A stretch of DNA of 64,000 bases, taken from an uncultured Alphaproteobacteria bacterium (GTDB lineage Bacteria; Pseudomonadota; Alphaproteobacteria; GCA-2731375). The notes beneath the pieces are model-generated. The model saw only the letters and a list, made by a program, of their open reading frames with translations. It did no database searches and had not been told where the DNA came from. The stretch is taken from the NCBI GenBank assembly GCA_951812805.1, contig CATOSZ010000008.1, positions 136,137 through 200,136 of the forward strand. Reading direction: 5' to 3'. Of the stretch, positions 1-9,887 are shown one piece after another. The translations under genes and the position numbers were made by a program. How positions within the stretch are numbered: position 1 is the first letter of the stretch; each line of letters opens with the position of its first letter.

Positions 1-1
1 C

Positions 2-316
2 CAGGATCCGACGACGATCTTCAACCTCTTCGGCCTCATTCCCTGGTCGCCGCCGCACTTCTTGATGATCGGCATCTGGCCGTTGTTGATGGGCCTCTCG
101 ATGTTCGCGCAGCAGAAGCTGAACCCGCAGCCGACGGATCCGATCCAGGCCAAGGTGTTCCTTTTCATGCCGATCATCTTCACCTTCATCCTGGCGCCGT
201 TCCCGGCCGGACTGGTGATCTACTGGACCTGGAACAACCTGCTCTCGATCGCCCAGCAGTACGTCATCATGCGGCGCATGGGCGTGCCGATCGGCGGCGG
301 TAAGAAGAAGACGTAA
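2..316 (+). CDS. yidC: Membrane protein insertase YidC, C-terminal part (5' end outside window)
   Basis: Open frame [15 protein letters not shown]...GIWPLLMG...[21 protein letters not shown]...[21 protein letters not shown], typical of the YidC C-terminus; lies upstream of yihA. Confidence 0.95.
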   Translation, partial: QDPTTIFNLFGLIPWSPPHFLMIGIWPLLMGLSMFAQQKLNPQPTDPIQAKVFLFMPIIFTFILAPFPAGLVIYWTWNNLLSIAQQYVIMRRMGVPIGGGKKKT

Positions 317-318
317 CC

Positions 319-984
319 ATGGACGGGGAGCTGGATCCGGCGCTCGGCGAAGCGGGCCGGCTGCTGTTCGCGCGCGAGTGCGCCTTCGTCGCCGGCGCCG
401 CCATCGCGACGCAGCTGCCGGCCGACACGCTGCCGGAGGTGGCCTTCGCCGGGCGTTCCAACGTCGGCAAGTCCAGCCTGGTGAACGCGCTCACCGGGCG
501 CAACACGCTGGCCCGCACCTCGAATACGCCGGGGCGGACCCGGCAGGTGAACTTCTTCGATCTCGGCCACCGGCTGATGCTGGTCGACCTGCCGGGCTAT
601 GGCTATGCCCGCGCCTCGAAGGGTGAAATCAAGCGCTGGAATGCGCTGATCCACGACTATCTGCGCGGCCGCGTCTCTTTGCGCCGCGTCGTCGTGCTTA
701 TCGACGCGCGCCGCGGCGTCCGCGAGAGCGATCTCGACGTGATGGCGCGCCTCGACGAGGTCGCCGTGGTCTACCAGGCGGTCCTGACCAAGATCGACAA
801 GCTGCCGGCCGAGGAACTGGAGACGGCCCGCACCGCCGTCGCCCGCGTGCTGCACCGCCGGCCGGCCGCCCATCCCGAGGTGCTCGCCACCTCGAGCCGC
901 GGCGGCGTCGGTATCGCGGCGCTCAGGGCCGAGCTGGCGACGCTTTCCCTGACCCCGAGCGCGAGCTATAAGCCCGAGCCATGA
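319..984 (+). CDS. yihA: Ribosome biogenesis GTP-binding protein YihA/EngB
   Basis: [19 protein letters not shown] (G1), [13 protein letters not shown] (G3), TKIDK (G4). Confidence 0.95.
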   Translation: MDGELDPALGEAGRLLFARECAFVAGAAIATQLPADTLPEVAFAGRSNVGKSSLVNALTGRNTLARTSNTPGRTRQVNFFDLGHRLMLVDLPGYGYARASKGEIKRWNALIHDYLRGRVSLRRVVVLIDARRGVRESDLDVMARLDEVAVVYQAVLTKIDKLPAEELETARTAVARVLHRRPAAHPEVLATSSRGGVGIAALRAELATLSLTPSASYKPEP

Positions 985-1886
985 GCAAGACGACACCCGA
1001 TGTGAACGACGCCCAGCAGACCGCCCGGACGCTCTCCGAGGCGCTGCCCTACCTGCGCCGCTTCGCCGGCGAGACCTTCGTCGTGAAGTATGGCGGCCAT
1101 GCCATGGGCTCGCCTGAACTGGCAGCGCACTTCGCCGAGGACGTCGCCCTGCTGGCGCAGATCGGCATCAAGCCGGTGGTGGTACACGGCGGCGGCCCGC
1201 AGATCGGCGCGATGCTGGAGCGGTTGGCGATCCAGAGCAGTTTCGTCGACGGCCTGAGGGTCACCGACCAGGCGACGGTCGAGATCGTCGAAATGGTGCT
1301 TTCCGGTTCGATCAACAAGCAGGTGGTGGGCGCCATCAACCAGGCCGGCGGCCGGGCGATCGGCATCTCCGGCAAGGACGGCCGGCTGATCGAGGCACGC
1401 AAGCTGGAACGCAAGGTCAAGGACCCCGACAGCAACATCGAAAAGGTGCTCGACCTCGGCTTCGTCGGCGAGCCGTCCCGCATCAACGCGGCGGTGCTGC
1501 GCGACCTGAGCGCGGCGAACGTCATCCCGGTGGTCGCCCCCATCGGCTTCGGCGCGGGCGGTGAGACCTACAACATCAACGCCGACACGGCGGCGGGCGC
1601 CATCGCGGCCGAGCTCAAGGCGAGCAAGCTGTTGATGCTGACCGACATCGCCGGCGTGCTCGACGGCGAGGGCAACCTGGTGAGCGACCTGACGCCCGAC
1701 CGGGCGCGCGGGCTGATCGAGGACGGCACGATCTCCGGCGGCATGATCCCCAAGATCGAGACCTGCCTGGACGCCATGGCCGGCGGCGTGGAAGCGGCGC
1801 AGATCGTCGACGGCCGGGTGCCCCGGGTCCTGCTGATCGAGCTGTTCACGGAGGCCGGCATCGGCACTAAGATCCACCATTACTAG
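981..1886 (+). CDS. argB: Acetylglutamate kinase
   Basis: [41 protein letters not shown] motifs. Confidence 0.97.
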   Translation: MSKTTPDVNDAQQTARTLSEALPYLRRFAGETFVVKYGGHAMGSPELAAHFAEDVALLAQIGIKPVVVHGGGPQIGAMLERLAIQSSFVDGLRVTDQATVEIVEMVLSGSINKQVVGAINQAGGRAIGISGKDGRLIEARKLERKVKDPDSNIEKVLDLGFVGEPSRINAAVLRDLSAANVIPVVAPIGFGAGGETYNINADTAAGAIAAELKASKLLMLTDIAGVLDGEGNLVSDLTPDRARGLIEDGTISGGMIPKIETCLDAMAGGVEAAQIVDGRVPRVLLIELFTEAGIGTKIHHY

Positions 1887-1910
1887 CGGCCTGTCGGACG
1901 CGGGGTGGAG

Positions 1911-2912
1911 ATGAGCGCAATCCTGACGACGGAGATCGCAGGCCCGGCCGCCTGGCGCGGCCAGGCGTTGGCGCGCGACACGGCCTGGTGTCACGAGCTG
2001 AGCCGGGCGGAAATCGCCGCGCTCGATTCCGCGCTCGCATCCGTTCTGCGGGCTGGCAAACGGTTTCCCGACTTCACCAAGGCGGATTTCCCGCTGCCCG
2101 CCTGGCAGGCGACCCTGGCGCGCCTGGCGGACGAGCTCGAGAACGGTCGCGGTTTCCAGCTCATGCGGGGGCTGCCGATCGATCGATACAGCGAGGACGA
2201 GATCGACATCGCCTTCTACGGCATCGGCCTCAATCTCGGCCTTCCGGTACGCCAGAACCCGCAGGGCGACCTGCTCGGGCGGGTAATGAACGTGGGCGAT
2301 CCGAACGATCGGGCCACGCGCGTTTACGAGACGAACGCCTATCTGCCCTATCATGCGGACCCGTCCGATGTGGTCGGACTTCTCTGTGTGCGCCGGGCGA
2401 GCTCCGGCGGCGTCAGCAGTCTCGTCAGCTTCGCGAGCGTCTACAACGAGTTGCTGCGGTGCCACCGCGAGTACCTCGGCCTGTTCTATCGGCATTGGTA
2501 CTACGCGCACCTCGGCGAGGATTTGCCCAGCCTGACGCCTCTGTTCAGCTATCACGAAGGCAAGCTCGCCTTTCGTTACCTACGTCAGTACATCGAACTC
2601 GGCCACGATGTGATGGAGAGGCCGCTCTCCGCGGTCGAGATCGAAGCGTTGGACCTCTTCGATGCCATCACGCACCGCGACGACATGCGTCTCGACATGC
2701 TGCTCGAGCCGGGCGATCTGCAGTGGGTGAACAACTACACCGTTCTCCATTCGCGGACCGCCTTCGTGGACGGGGACGATCCCGCGCACCATCGCCGGAA
2801 GCTGCGCTTGTGGCTGCAGATGGCCAATGCCCGCAAGCTCGCCCCCGACTTCCCGGGTCGCAACGGCTTTCCGTCGCGAGCATCCGAACGGCACCGGACG
2901 ACTTCGGGTTAG
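1911..2912 (+). CDS. TauD/TfdA-family Fe(II)/2-oxoglutarate dioxygenase
   Basis: LPYHADPSDVVGLLC (HxD), LEPGDLQWVNNYTVLHSRTAF (distal H, R), RRKLRLWL. Confidence 0.85.
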   Translation: MSAILTTEIAGPAAWRGQALARDTAWCHELSRAEIAALDSALASVLRAGKRFPDFTKADFPLPAWQATLARLADELENGRGFQLMRGLPIDRYSEDEIDIAFYGIGLNLGLPVRQNPQGDLLGRVMNVGDPNDRATRVYETNAYLPYHADPSDVVGLLCVRRASSGGVSSLVSFASVYNELLRCHREYLGLFYRHWYYAHLGEDLPSLTPLFSYHEGKLAFRYLRQYIELGHDVMERPLSAVEIEALDLFDAITHRDDMRLDMLLEPGDLQWVNNYTVLHSRTAFVDGDDPAHHRRKLRLWLQMANARKLAPDFPGRNGFPSRASERHRTTSG

Positions 2913-2953
2913 GATCCCCCATCGCCCGCGCCCAAGATCCGGAGGGATAGGCC

Positions 2954-4303
2954 ATGGCGCCGATCGTCACCGACCGAGCCAACCAGCTGGATCCCGCCCT
3001 GGTTCTGGGGTTCACCAACCTGCCCGAACTGCGCGAGAGGGCGCCGCTGCGCATCACCCGGGGCGAGGGGATCTTCGTCTACGACGAAACCGGCCGCGAC
3101 TATATCGAAGGGGCCTCGTCGTTCTATTGCACCGCGCTCGGCTATTCGGAGGAGGCGCTGATCGAGGCGGCGGCAGCGCAGATGCGGGAATTGCCCTTCT
3201 ACGTCTCCGCCGCGCACCGCACCGTGCCGGTGGTCGAGCGGCTGGCCGAACGGCTGGCGGCCCTGGTGCCGATGGCGGATGCCAAGGTCGCCTTCGCCGC
3301 GACGGGCTCGGAGGCCAACGACGCGCTGGTCAAGTTCCTCTGGTTTCGCAACAACGCCGTCGGCAAGACGGCGGCGAAAAAGATCGTCGCCCGCGAGGGC
3401 AGCTATCACGGCGGCACCGTTGCCACCGCCAGCCTGACCGGCTGGGGTCGCTATCACGCCGGCTACGACCTGCCGATCGCGCGCATCCTGCATGCCCGCC
3501 AGCCCGATTTCCGCACGCTGGGCGAGGCGGGCGAGAGCGAAGCGGCCTTCGGTGCGCGCATGGTGGCGGAGCTGCGCGCCCTTATCGAAGCGGAGGGGCC
3601 GGAGACGATCGGCGCTTTCTTCGCCGAGCCGGTTTCGACCAGCGCCGGCCTGGCCCTGCCGCCGGAGGGCTATTGGGCCGGTGTCGGCGACTTACTGGCC
3701 GAATACGACATTCTGCTGTTCGACGACGAGGTGGTCACCGGCTTCGGCCGCACGGGCGCCATGTTCGGGGCCGAGACCTTCGCCTTGCGGCCGGATTGCA
3801 TGAGCCTCGCCAAGGCTCTGTCGTCCGCCTACCTGCCGATTTCGGCCGTGGTCATGTCGGGTGAGTTCTACGCGGGGCTGGAACAGGGCAGCGCCGAGGC
3901 CGGCATGTTCACTCACGCCGGCACCTATCACGGCCATCCGGTGCCGGCGGCGGTGGCGCTGCGGGTGCTGGAACTGTTCGAGGAGCGCGACATCCTCGGC
4001 CATGTCCAGCGGATGTCGGCGCCCTTCGCCAAGGCCCTGTCGGACCTGGCGGCGCATCCCCTGGTCGCTGGCCAGCGCGCCGTGGGCCTCGTCGGTGCGC
4101 TCGACCTGATGGCGCCCGCGGACGAGGGAGACGTCGGCACACTTGGCGCGCGTCTCGGCGCGCGGTGCGAGGCGAACGGTCTCTTCGTCCGCCCGGTCGC
4201 GGATTCGGTGGTGCTGGCGCCGCCGCTCGTCATTACGGCGGGCGAAATCGGGGAGATGTTCCGCCGCCTCGCCCGCGCCCTCGATGAAAGCGGGACGGGA
4301 TAG
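2954..4303 (+). CDS. Class III (omega-type) PLP aminotransferase
   Basis: GSEAND, SYHGGT, FFAEPV, DEVVTGFGRTG, SLAKALSSAYLPI (PLP lysine), HAGTYHGHP. Confidence 0.92.
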   Translation: MAPIVTDRANQLDPALVLGFTNLPELRERAPLRITRGEGIFVYDETGRDYIEGASSFYCTALGYSEEALIEAAAAQMRELPFYVSAAHRTVPVVERLAERLAALVPMADAKVAFAATGSEANDALVKFLWFRNNAVGKTAAKKIVAREGSYHGGTVATASLTGWGRYHAGYDLPIARILHARQPDFRTLGEAGESEAAFGARMVAELRALIEAEGPETIGAFFAEPVSTSAGLALPPEGYWAGVGDLLAEYDILLFDDEVVTGFGRTGAMFGAETFALRPDCMSLAKALSSAYLPISAVVMSGEFYAGLEQGSAEAGMFTHAGTYHGHPVPAAVALRVLELFEERDILGHVQRMSAPFAKALSDLAAHPLVAGQRAVGLVGALDLMAPADEGDVGTLGARLGARCEANGLFVRPVADSVVLAPPLVITAGEIGEMFRRLARALDESGTG

Positions 4304-4319
4304 CACCGCGCACCGCGCC

Positions 4320-4348
4320 TCGCCATTTCGCGGCATCTGCGCTAGGCT
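4320..4348 (+). promoter_or_regulatory. Putative sigma70-type promoter for the CmcJ/NvfI-like gene
   Basis: TCGCCA (4320-4325), 17-nt spacer, TAGGCT (4343-4348), about 40 nt upstream of ATG 4389. Confidence 0.35.
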
Positions 4349-4388
4349 CGTGTCAAATCCCACGCCACATTCCAGGAACCGATCTCCC

Positions 4389-5201
4389 ATGAACCAGCGC
4401 TTCCAGCCCAATGCCATCCCCGCCAAGGTCCGCTACATCAACGCCGAATGGCGGGGCCGCGAAGACAGTCCGCGCATCGGCAGTCGGGAATCGCGCCGGG
4501 CCGCGACCTCGTTCCAGGACGTGGGCGTGCACGATGTGCGCGGTGAGTTCGAGGCGGGCGGGATCGACATCGACGTCGCCGGTTTCACGATGACGACCAA
4601 TCCGTCGGCCTGTTCGGACTTTCGCGACGAAGACGCGGTGCAGTCGGCCTATCACCCGGAAATGCAGGACGTCATCAAGCGCGTTACCGGCGCCGACCAT
4701 GTCTTCGTGCGCAGTTATCTCGTCCGCACCGAGACGCCCGTCGACTTCAACGACGGCTACGCCCGCTTCGTCCATTGCGACTACAACATCGCCCGCAGCA
4801 CCGAAATGGCGCTCGAAGTCCTGGAGGCGCAGGGGGTCGAGCCGAAGGAAAACTGGGTCTTCGCCTGGTACAATACCTGGCAGCCGTTCGACAATCCGGT
4901 GCAGAAGAACCCGCTGGCGATGATCGATTGCCGCACGCTGCCGGCCGAAGATGTGATCGACTATTACTATACGGGCCGGGGCCGCGACAGCCTGGTCGCC
5001 GCCCCCGTTCACAGCACCGAGCACCGCTGGTGCTATATGGCCGACATGACGACGGACGAGGTGTTGATCATCAAGCAACTCGATTCGCGCCCGGACCGGA
5101 CCTGCTATTGCCCGCATACCTCCTTCGACATCCCGGGCACCGACGACCTGCTGCCCCGCCGCTCGATCGAAACCCGCATGCTGGCCGCGTTCGAGGTATA
5201 G
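4389..5201 (+). CDS. CmcJ/NvfI (AsaB-like) family oxidoreductase, probable Fe/2OG enzyme
   Basis: FVHCDY (HxD), YNTWQPF, NPLAMIDCRT, HRWCY, CPHTSF, RRSIETRML; AGGA ribosome-binding site before ATG 4389. Confidence 0.8.
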   Translation: MNQRFQPNAIPAKVRYINAEWRGREDSPRIGSRESRRAATSFQDVGVHDVRGEFEAGGIDIDVAGFTMTTNPSACSDFRDEDAVQSAYHPEMQDVIKRVTGADHVFVRSYLVRTETPVDFNDGYARFVHCDYNIARSTEMALEVLEAQGVEPKENWVFAWYNTWQPFDNPVQKNPLAMIDCRTLPAEDVIDYYYTGRGRDSLVAAPVHSTEHRWCYMADMTTDEVLIIKQLDSRPDRTCYCPHTSFDIPGTDDLLPRRSIETRMLAAFEV

Positions 5202-6161
5202 GCGGAACGCGGTCTCCTATCTGCTCTCGTGCGGCCCGACCCGGCGCTGTCGTGCCGAGTCGGCGCGGGCTCGAAACGATCCGGCGACCTCAGTGCAGCT
5301 TCCTCTGAGCTGCGTCCCCGCTCGCGAGGACGCGGTCCGCGGGGAGGCGGATCTGGACGGTCGTGCCCTCGCCCGGCGTACTTTCCATGGCCAGCGTGCC
5401 ACCGTGGAGTTCGACCAGGCCCTTGCTCAACGGTAGGCCCAGTCCTGTGCCGTCGTAGGTCCGAACATAACGGTCCTCGAGCTGGCGGAATGGTTCCAAC
5501 GCCGAGGGCAGCTGCGCCGGCGTCATGCCGATCCCGTCGTCGCAAATCGATATCCGGAGATCCCCGTTGGGCTCGATCGCCGCCGTCATGGCGATGTGTC
5601 CGCCGTCGGGCGTGAACTTCACGGCATTCGACAACAGGTTCAACAGGACCTGGCGGAGCTTGCGAACGTCGACGCGGACCCGAACGTTCGCGATGTCGTT
5701 TGTCGCGAGATCGTGTCGATGCTCGCGGATGCGGCCCGTGACCATGCGCACGCAACCGTCGACGAGCACATCCAGGGCGATCTCCTCTTCGTCGAGTTCC
5801 GCCCGTCCGGATTCGATCTTGGAGAGATCGAGGAGGTCGTTCAGCACCTGAAGCAGATGTTGCCCCGACGCATGGATGGACTTCGCGTAATCGATATAGG
5901 TCTCGGACCCCAGGCGGCCGAGAATTTGCTGTGCCATGGTTTCCGAAAAGCCGAGTATCGCGTTGAGGGGCGTCAGCAGTTCGTGGCTCATATGGGCGAG
6001 GAAGTCCGACTTCGCCTCGTTCGCGCGCACCGCCGTATCTCGCGCCTGTTCCAAGGCCTGCGCGGCACGAACCTCGACGGTGATGTCGCGCCCCGTGCCA
6101 CGGTAACCCAGGAATCGGCCGTTCGCATTGTGCACCGGCTTGCCGTTGATCGACCACCAGG

Positions 6162-7279
6162 TGTCCAGGTTCACTACATATGAGACGACGAGGTCTTCTT
6201 GGCTGTGATCTGTCGAAGGTACTCCTCGGGGGTTTTGCCTTTCAAGGCTCCATGAGGCCTGAAGGTGTTGTAGATGTTGGCGAACTTGTCGATCTGTGGG
6301 TTTAGTTTGTCGAGCTGGTCCTCGATGTCATGGCAGGCGTAGAACTCGTAGCGCCATGCGCCGTTGGCTCGCTCGACGCCGCCATTGAGCTGCGGCGTCC
6401 TCGGCGGCAAGACATAGACGGGGATCTTTCGGCTCTCGCAGGCGGCCTCGAACTCGGCCATGAACTCGGATCCACCGTCGACCTGGATGGCCTTCACGGG
6501 GAAGGGCAGGTCGGCCACGAGTTTGTCGAGGAAACTCTCGGCGTTCCTGGCGGTCGCTCTGCGGAAGGCCTTGGCACAGGTGAAGCGGCTGACGGGATCG
6601 TAGGCGGTGAACTGCTTGACCGTGCGCTCGCCGGCCGGCGTGATGCTCAAGGTGTCGAGCTGGACCAGATCGCCGGGGGCCGTTGCCTTCATCCCCTTCG
6701 GCAAACGCTTGGCGTGTGGGCGCTTGGCTCTCTTGCCCTTGGCGCGTCGTCGCGCCACGGGCACCGGCACAACGACGCCGCGCGCGACCAGATGGGCGAG
6801 CATGCGACCAACGGTGCTGTCCGACAAGGTGAAGCCCTCTCGGCGCAGCAGCGGTCCGAGCTTGGCCTTGCCCCACATCGGGAAGTCGCGGCGCAGCCGT
6901 TCAAGCCGACGCAGCACCGCACTCGACCACTCTCGGCGACGACGGCGGCGAGGCGCGCGCGAGCGCGGCTCCAACCGCTCGTCCCAGCGATAGAGCGTGC
7001 TACGCGGCACGCCCACCGCCTGGGCCGCCGCCTCGGCCGTCAAGCCGTCACGCCGGGCCCGATGCCAACGCCGGACGGCGTCGCGTCTGAACGCTACGCA
7101 TTTAGTGTCGGGCTCCGCGTTCAGACGCGACGCCGTCCTCCAACCCCTGATAACATGTCGGGGCAGGCCAAAAACCTGCATGGGGATCTCCTTCAAGCTG
7201 TTGGTCTCGCAACTCACAGCTTCGGAGATCCCCGCCTCTGCCGCCAGAGGCGCGTCTCACATCTATCTGAACCTAGTCA
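6162..7279 (-). mobile_element. IS481-family-like insertion sequence (~1.12 kb)
   Basis: Imperfect IRs TGTCCAGGTTCACTACATATGAGAC (6162) and revcomp TGACTAGGTTCAGATAGATGTGAGAC (ending 7279); direct repeat CCAGG at 6157-6161 and 7280-7284. Confidence 0.85.
6174..7181 (-). CDS. Transposase, HTH plus rve integrase core (IS481-like)
   Basis: GVPRSTLYRW HTH; DDE core VQLDT...IQVDGGSEF...NGGVERAN; YNTFRPHGALKGKTP; GAAGGAG ribosome-binding site before ATG 7181. Confidence 0.9.
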   Translation of the reverse strand: MQVFGLPRHVIRGWRTASRLNAEPDTKCVAFRRDAVRRWHRARRDGLTAEAAAQAVGVPRSTLYRWDERLEPRSRAPRRRRRREWSSAVLRRLERLRRDFPMWGKAKLGPLLRREGFTLSDSTVGRMLAHLVARGVVVPVPVARRRAKGKRAKRPHAKRLPKGMKATAPGDLVQLDTLSITPAGERTVKQFTAYDPVSRFTCAKAFRRATARNAESFLDKLVADLPFPVKAIQVDGGSEFMAEFEAACESRKIPVYVLPPRTPQLNGGVERANGAWRYEFYACHDIEDQLDKLNPQIDKFANIYNTFRPHGALKGKTPEEYLRQITAKKTSSSHM

Positions 7280-8585
7280 CCAGGTCGTGTCGCCGCGCGA
7301 GTCCCGGGCCGGGTAGCGGTAGTCGCGAAACGGGCGCCGTGCCTCCAGGCCGGCGAGATACGAGGACCGGCTGACCGCGACCACGTGCTCCTGTCGATCG
7401 ACGTCGTCGCCGAGCGCATCGAGTTTCGCTCCGATCACGAGGCCGCCGGGATCCAGCCGATCTTCGGACTGGCGTTCGGTGGTCTCGACGACAACCAACG
7501 TGTCGTCGGCCTGCCAATGGCGGTCCGAGGCGACCTCGGCGAAATCCCGGTACCGCGCCTCGCTCTCGCCGAGCCGACGGGCCGCCGCTTCCATGGCGTG
7601 ACGACGGGATCGCTGCACCACGACCACCGAGAGGATCGAGAAGGTCAGCACGAAGGGCAGGAGGAACAACATGACCACGGCCGGCAAGTGAACGTCGTCC
7701 ATATGCGCGGATCGGCTTGCCGACAGCTCGTGCCCGATGCCATGCAGAGCAATGTTTCGTCGCGCCTGAAGAAGCGGAAGCAGCCCGCCCGTGTTCGCGT
7801 GATCGGAACCCGCGACGGAGATCAGCGGCCGAGACGCGGTGGGCGACGTCAACTGCCAGTCGATCCGCCGGTCCATGGCCCGGATCGGAACCTCGCCTAT
7901 CGAAACATCGATGGCAATGAAGCCGTCGGCCTGGGCGCGTCGCGTAGCCGCCGTCTCCGGCACGACGTGGCCCAGATAGACGGCCTTGAACACGGTGTAG
8001 CCGTAGACGCCATTCGCCAGGTCCCGACCCCCGGTGGCGATGATGGTGCCGCTGGAAAGGGCGCGTGCGGCGGGCGGCCACAAGGCCTCGTCGGTGGCGA
8101 TGTCGTGACCTAGCGTCATGGCGAGACGCGGCGTGAGCGGATAGGCGGCACGCAGGGGATAGAGCCGATCCGGACCCACGGACGGCACGATGCGCCCCTC
8201 GGCGTTCCGGCGCCAAATCCGATACTGGGTAAAACCCTGGCCGCGGATCTCGGCCTCGAAACTCTCGCGCGCGGCAGGTGGCACGACGTCGACGCGCAGA
8301 ATGGCGTCGATGAATGGATAGGCCGCCGTAATGTCGTCGGCGAGGACCGCGAACTCGTGATCACCGAGGCCGTCGCTCGCATGATACAGGCCGGCGAGCG
8401 ACGTCAAGACGGCGTTGCTGGCGGTCACGCGGTCGTTGATCTGTTGGGCGAGCGTATCGACGGCGGCGTGAAAGCCGCGCTCCGCCTCCGACAGGTCGTT
8501 GGCCATGGCAAGCCAGGCGAGGCTGGCACCGGCCAGGACGCTGAGCGCCGTGCCGAGGAGCAGCGAGGCGCGAGAGAAAGGCGGG

Positions 8586-9566
8586 TTAGCCACCACCGTC
8601 TCTCGGCACCTTCTTCGCCTTGCGCATGACATCCGTGGGCACCGAGACGCCGGCGTTGTCGGCCAGGACTTCGTTGACCCACACTTCGACCCGACGATTG
8701 GCCACGATCGGGATCGCATCGGGTCGGGTTCCGGCGAAGATCTCCCGCGCCACCAGCCCGGCCCATTCGCCTTGCTCCTCCGGCACCTTGACGATACCGA
8801 GGGTTGCGAAACGCATCATCCAGCCATGATTGGTAACGCTCAGACGTTGCGTCGCGCCTTCCACGGCGGTGGCGATGCGATCCGCGTCCCAATCGACGAT
8901 GCCGGCGTTGGAGCCGAGAATGACGAAATCCGCCGACTGGGCGCGTTCATAGACCTCGAGCCATGCATCGCCGTCGGGTACCAGAGCGCTCGACAGCCGC
9001 AAGCCCGCGTCTCGTGCCGCCTTCTCGAACCGCGCGAGGTTCTTCCGCTCGGTCAAGGTATCGGCACCGATATAAAAGGCGGTCGCGGCGTCGGGCACGA
9101 TGTGGCGCGCCCGCATGATAAGGGGCCCGATGGGCGCCACTTCGATCATGCCCGTGACGTTGGAATAGGGAAATCCGTATTCCTCGGCAGTCCAGTTCAC
9201 ACCGGTGAAGACGATCGGCGGTCCGGTGTCGCGGAAGTAGGGGACGATGAGGTACTTCGCCGCGTTGTCGTCCGCCGTGACGACGATGTCAGGCCGCCAT
9301 TCGTCGATCAACGATTTCGCCGCACGCGCCCGTTCTCGCTTTTCGGCCTCGCTCTTGCGCCGCTTGGTATCCATGTCGAACTGGCGGAATTCGCAGTGCG
9401 GCTCGAGCGTGCGCCGCAGGCCGCGTTCGACCCCGTCTGACCAGGCATAGCCTTTGTGGTAGGAGGAAATGAACAGGCATTTCACGTGCGTGTCGGCGCG
9501 GCCTGTCGATGCCGACAGAACGATGGCGAAGAGTCCCACCGTCAGAACACGGATAGCAGAGCCCAC
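8586..9566 (-). CDS. Periplasmic ABC-type substrate-binding-like protein, partner of the sensor kinase
   Basis: Signal-peptide-like N-terminus; ISSYHKGYAWSDG, WRPDIVVTADDNA, PIVFTGVNW, EQGEWAG; stop overlaps the kinase start. Confidence 0.75.
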   Translation of the reverse strand: MGSAIRVLTVGLFAIVLSASTGRADTHVKCLFISSYHKGYAWSDGVERGLRRTLEPHCEFRQFDMDTKRRKSEAEKRERARAAKSLIDEWRPDIVVTADDNAAKYLIVPYFRDTGPPIVFTGVNWTAEEYGFPYSNVTGMIEVAPIGPLIMRARHIVPDAATAFYIGADTLTERKNLARFEKAARDAGLRLSSALVPDGDAWLEVYERAQSADFVILGSNAGIVDWDADRIATAVEGATQRLSVTNHGWMMRFATLGIVKVPEEQGEWAGLVAREIFAGTRPDAIPIVANRRVEVWVNEVLADNAGVSVPTDVMRKAKKVPRDGGG

Positions 9567-9726
9567 GTCTCGACGCTCCCGTTTCTCGTCTGGCGATGCC
9601 AGTCGAAAACGCCCTCTTGAACCCTCGCGTTTTTCGCGTTCTTGTCGTCAGCATATCAAGAAACAGGCATGCCCGTCCAGGATATCGCACTGGAACTGGA
9701 CGGCCACGATCGGGGCGAGGATTATC

Positions 9727-9826
9727 GGCGAGCGGCTGGAGATGATCTCTGTCGACGGCGGCCAGGGGCTCTTGGCCGCCCTGCCGATGCTCTGGTCGCA
9801 GATTCCCTGTGCAGCGCTCCTGGGCC
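9727..9826 (+). pseudogene. IS256-family transposase relic
   Basis: GERLEMISVDGGQGLLAALPMLWSQIP, then after a 1-nt frameshift VQRSWA; resembles the IS256 catalytic segment ...ISDG..GL.AAL......P.QRCW.H. Confidence 0.6.
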
Positions 9827-9887
9827 CGCGCCGATCGCGACGTCGAGATACTCGGACAGGCGGGAATGCCAGGTTGGCTTTGCGGGG

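Larger units (their letters stand above)
5290..8596 (-). pseudogene. CHASE-PAS-HisKA-HATPase sensor histidine kinase interrupted by an IS481-family element (parts 7280-8596 and 5290-6161)
   Basis: N-terminal part has a TM segment, CHASE-like region (EFAVLADDI...VPPAARESFE...LGHDIATD), second TM and PAS start. C-terminal part has KSDFLAHMSHELLTPLNAILGFSE, QVLLNLLSNAVKFT, DDGIGM, GTGLGLPL. Removing the IS and one CCAGG copy restores in-frame ...RGDTTW-WSINGKP... Confidence 0.92.
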
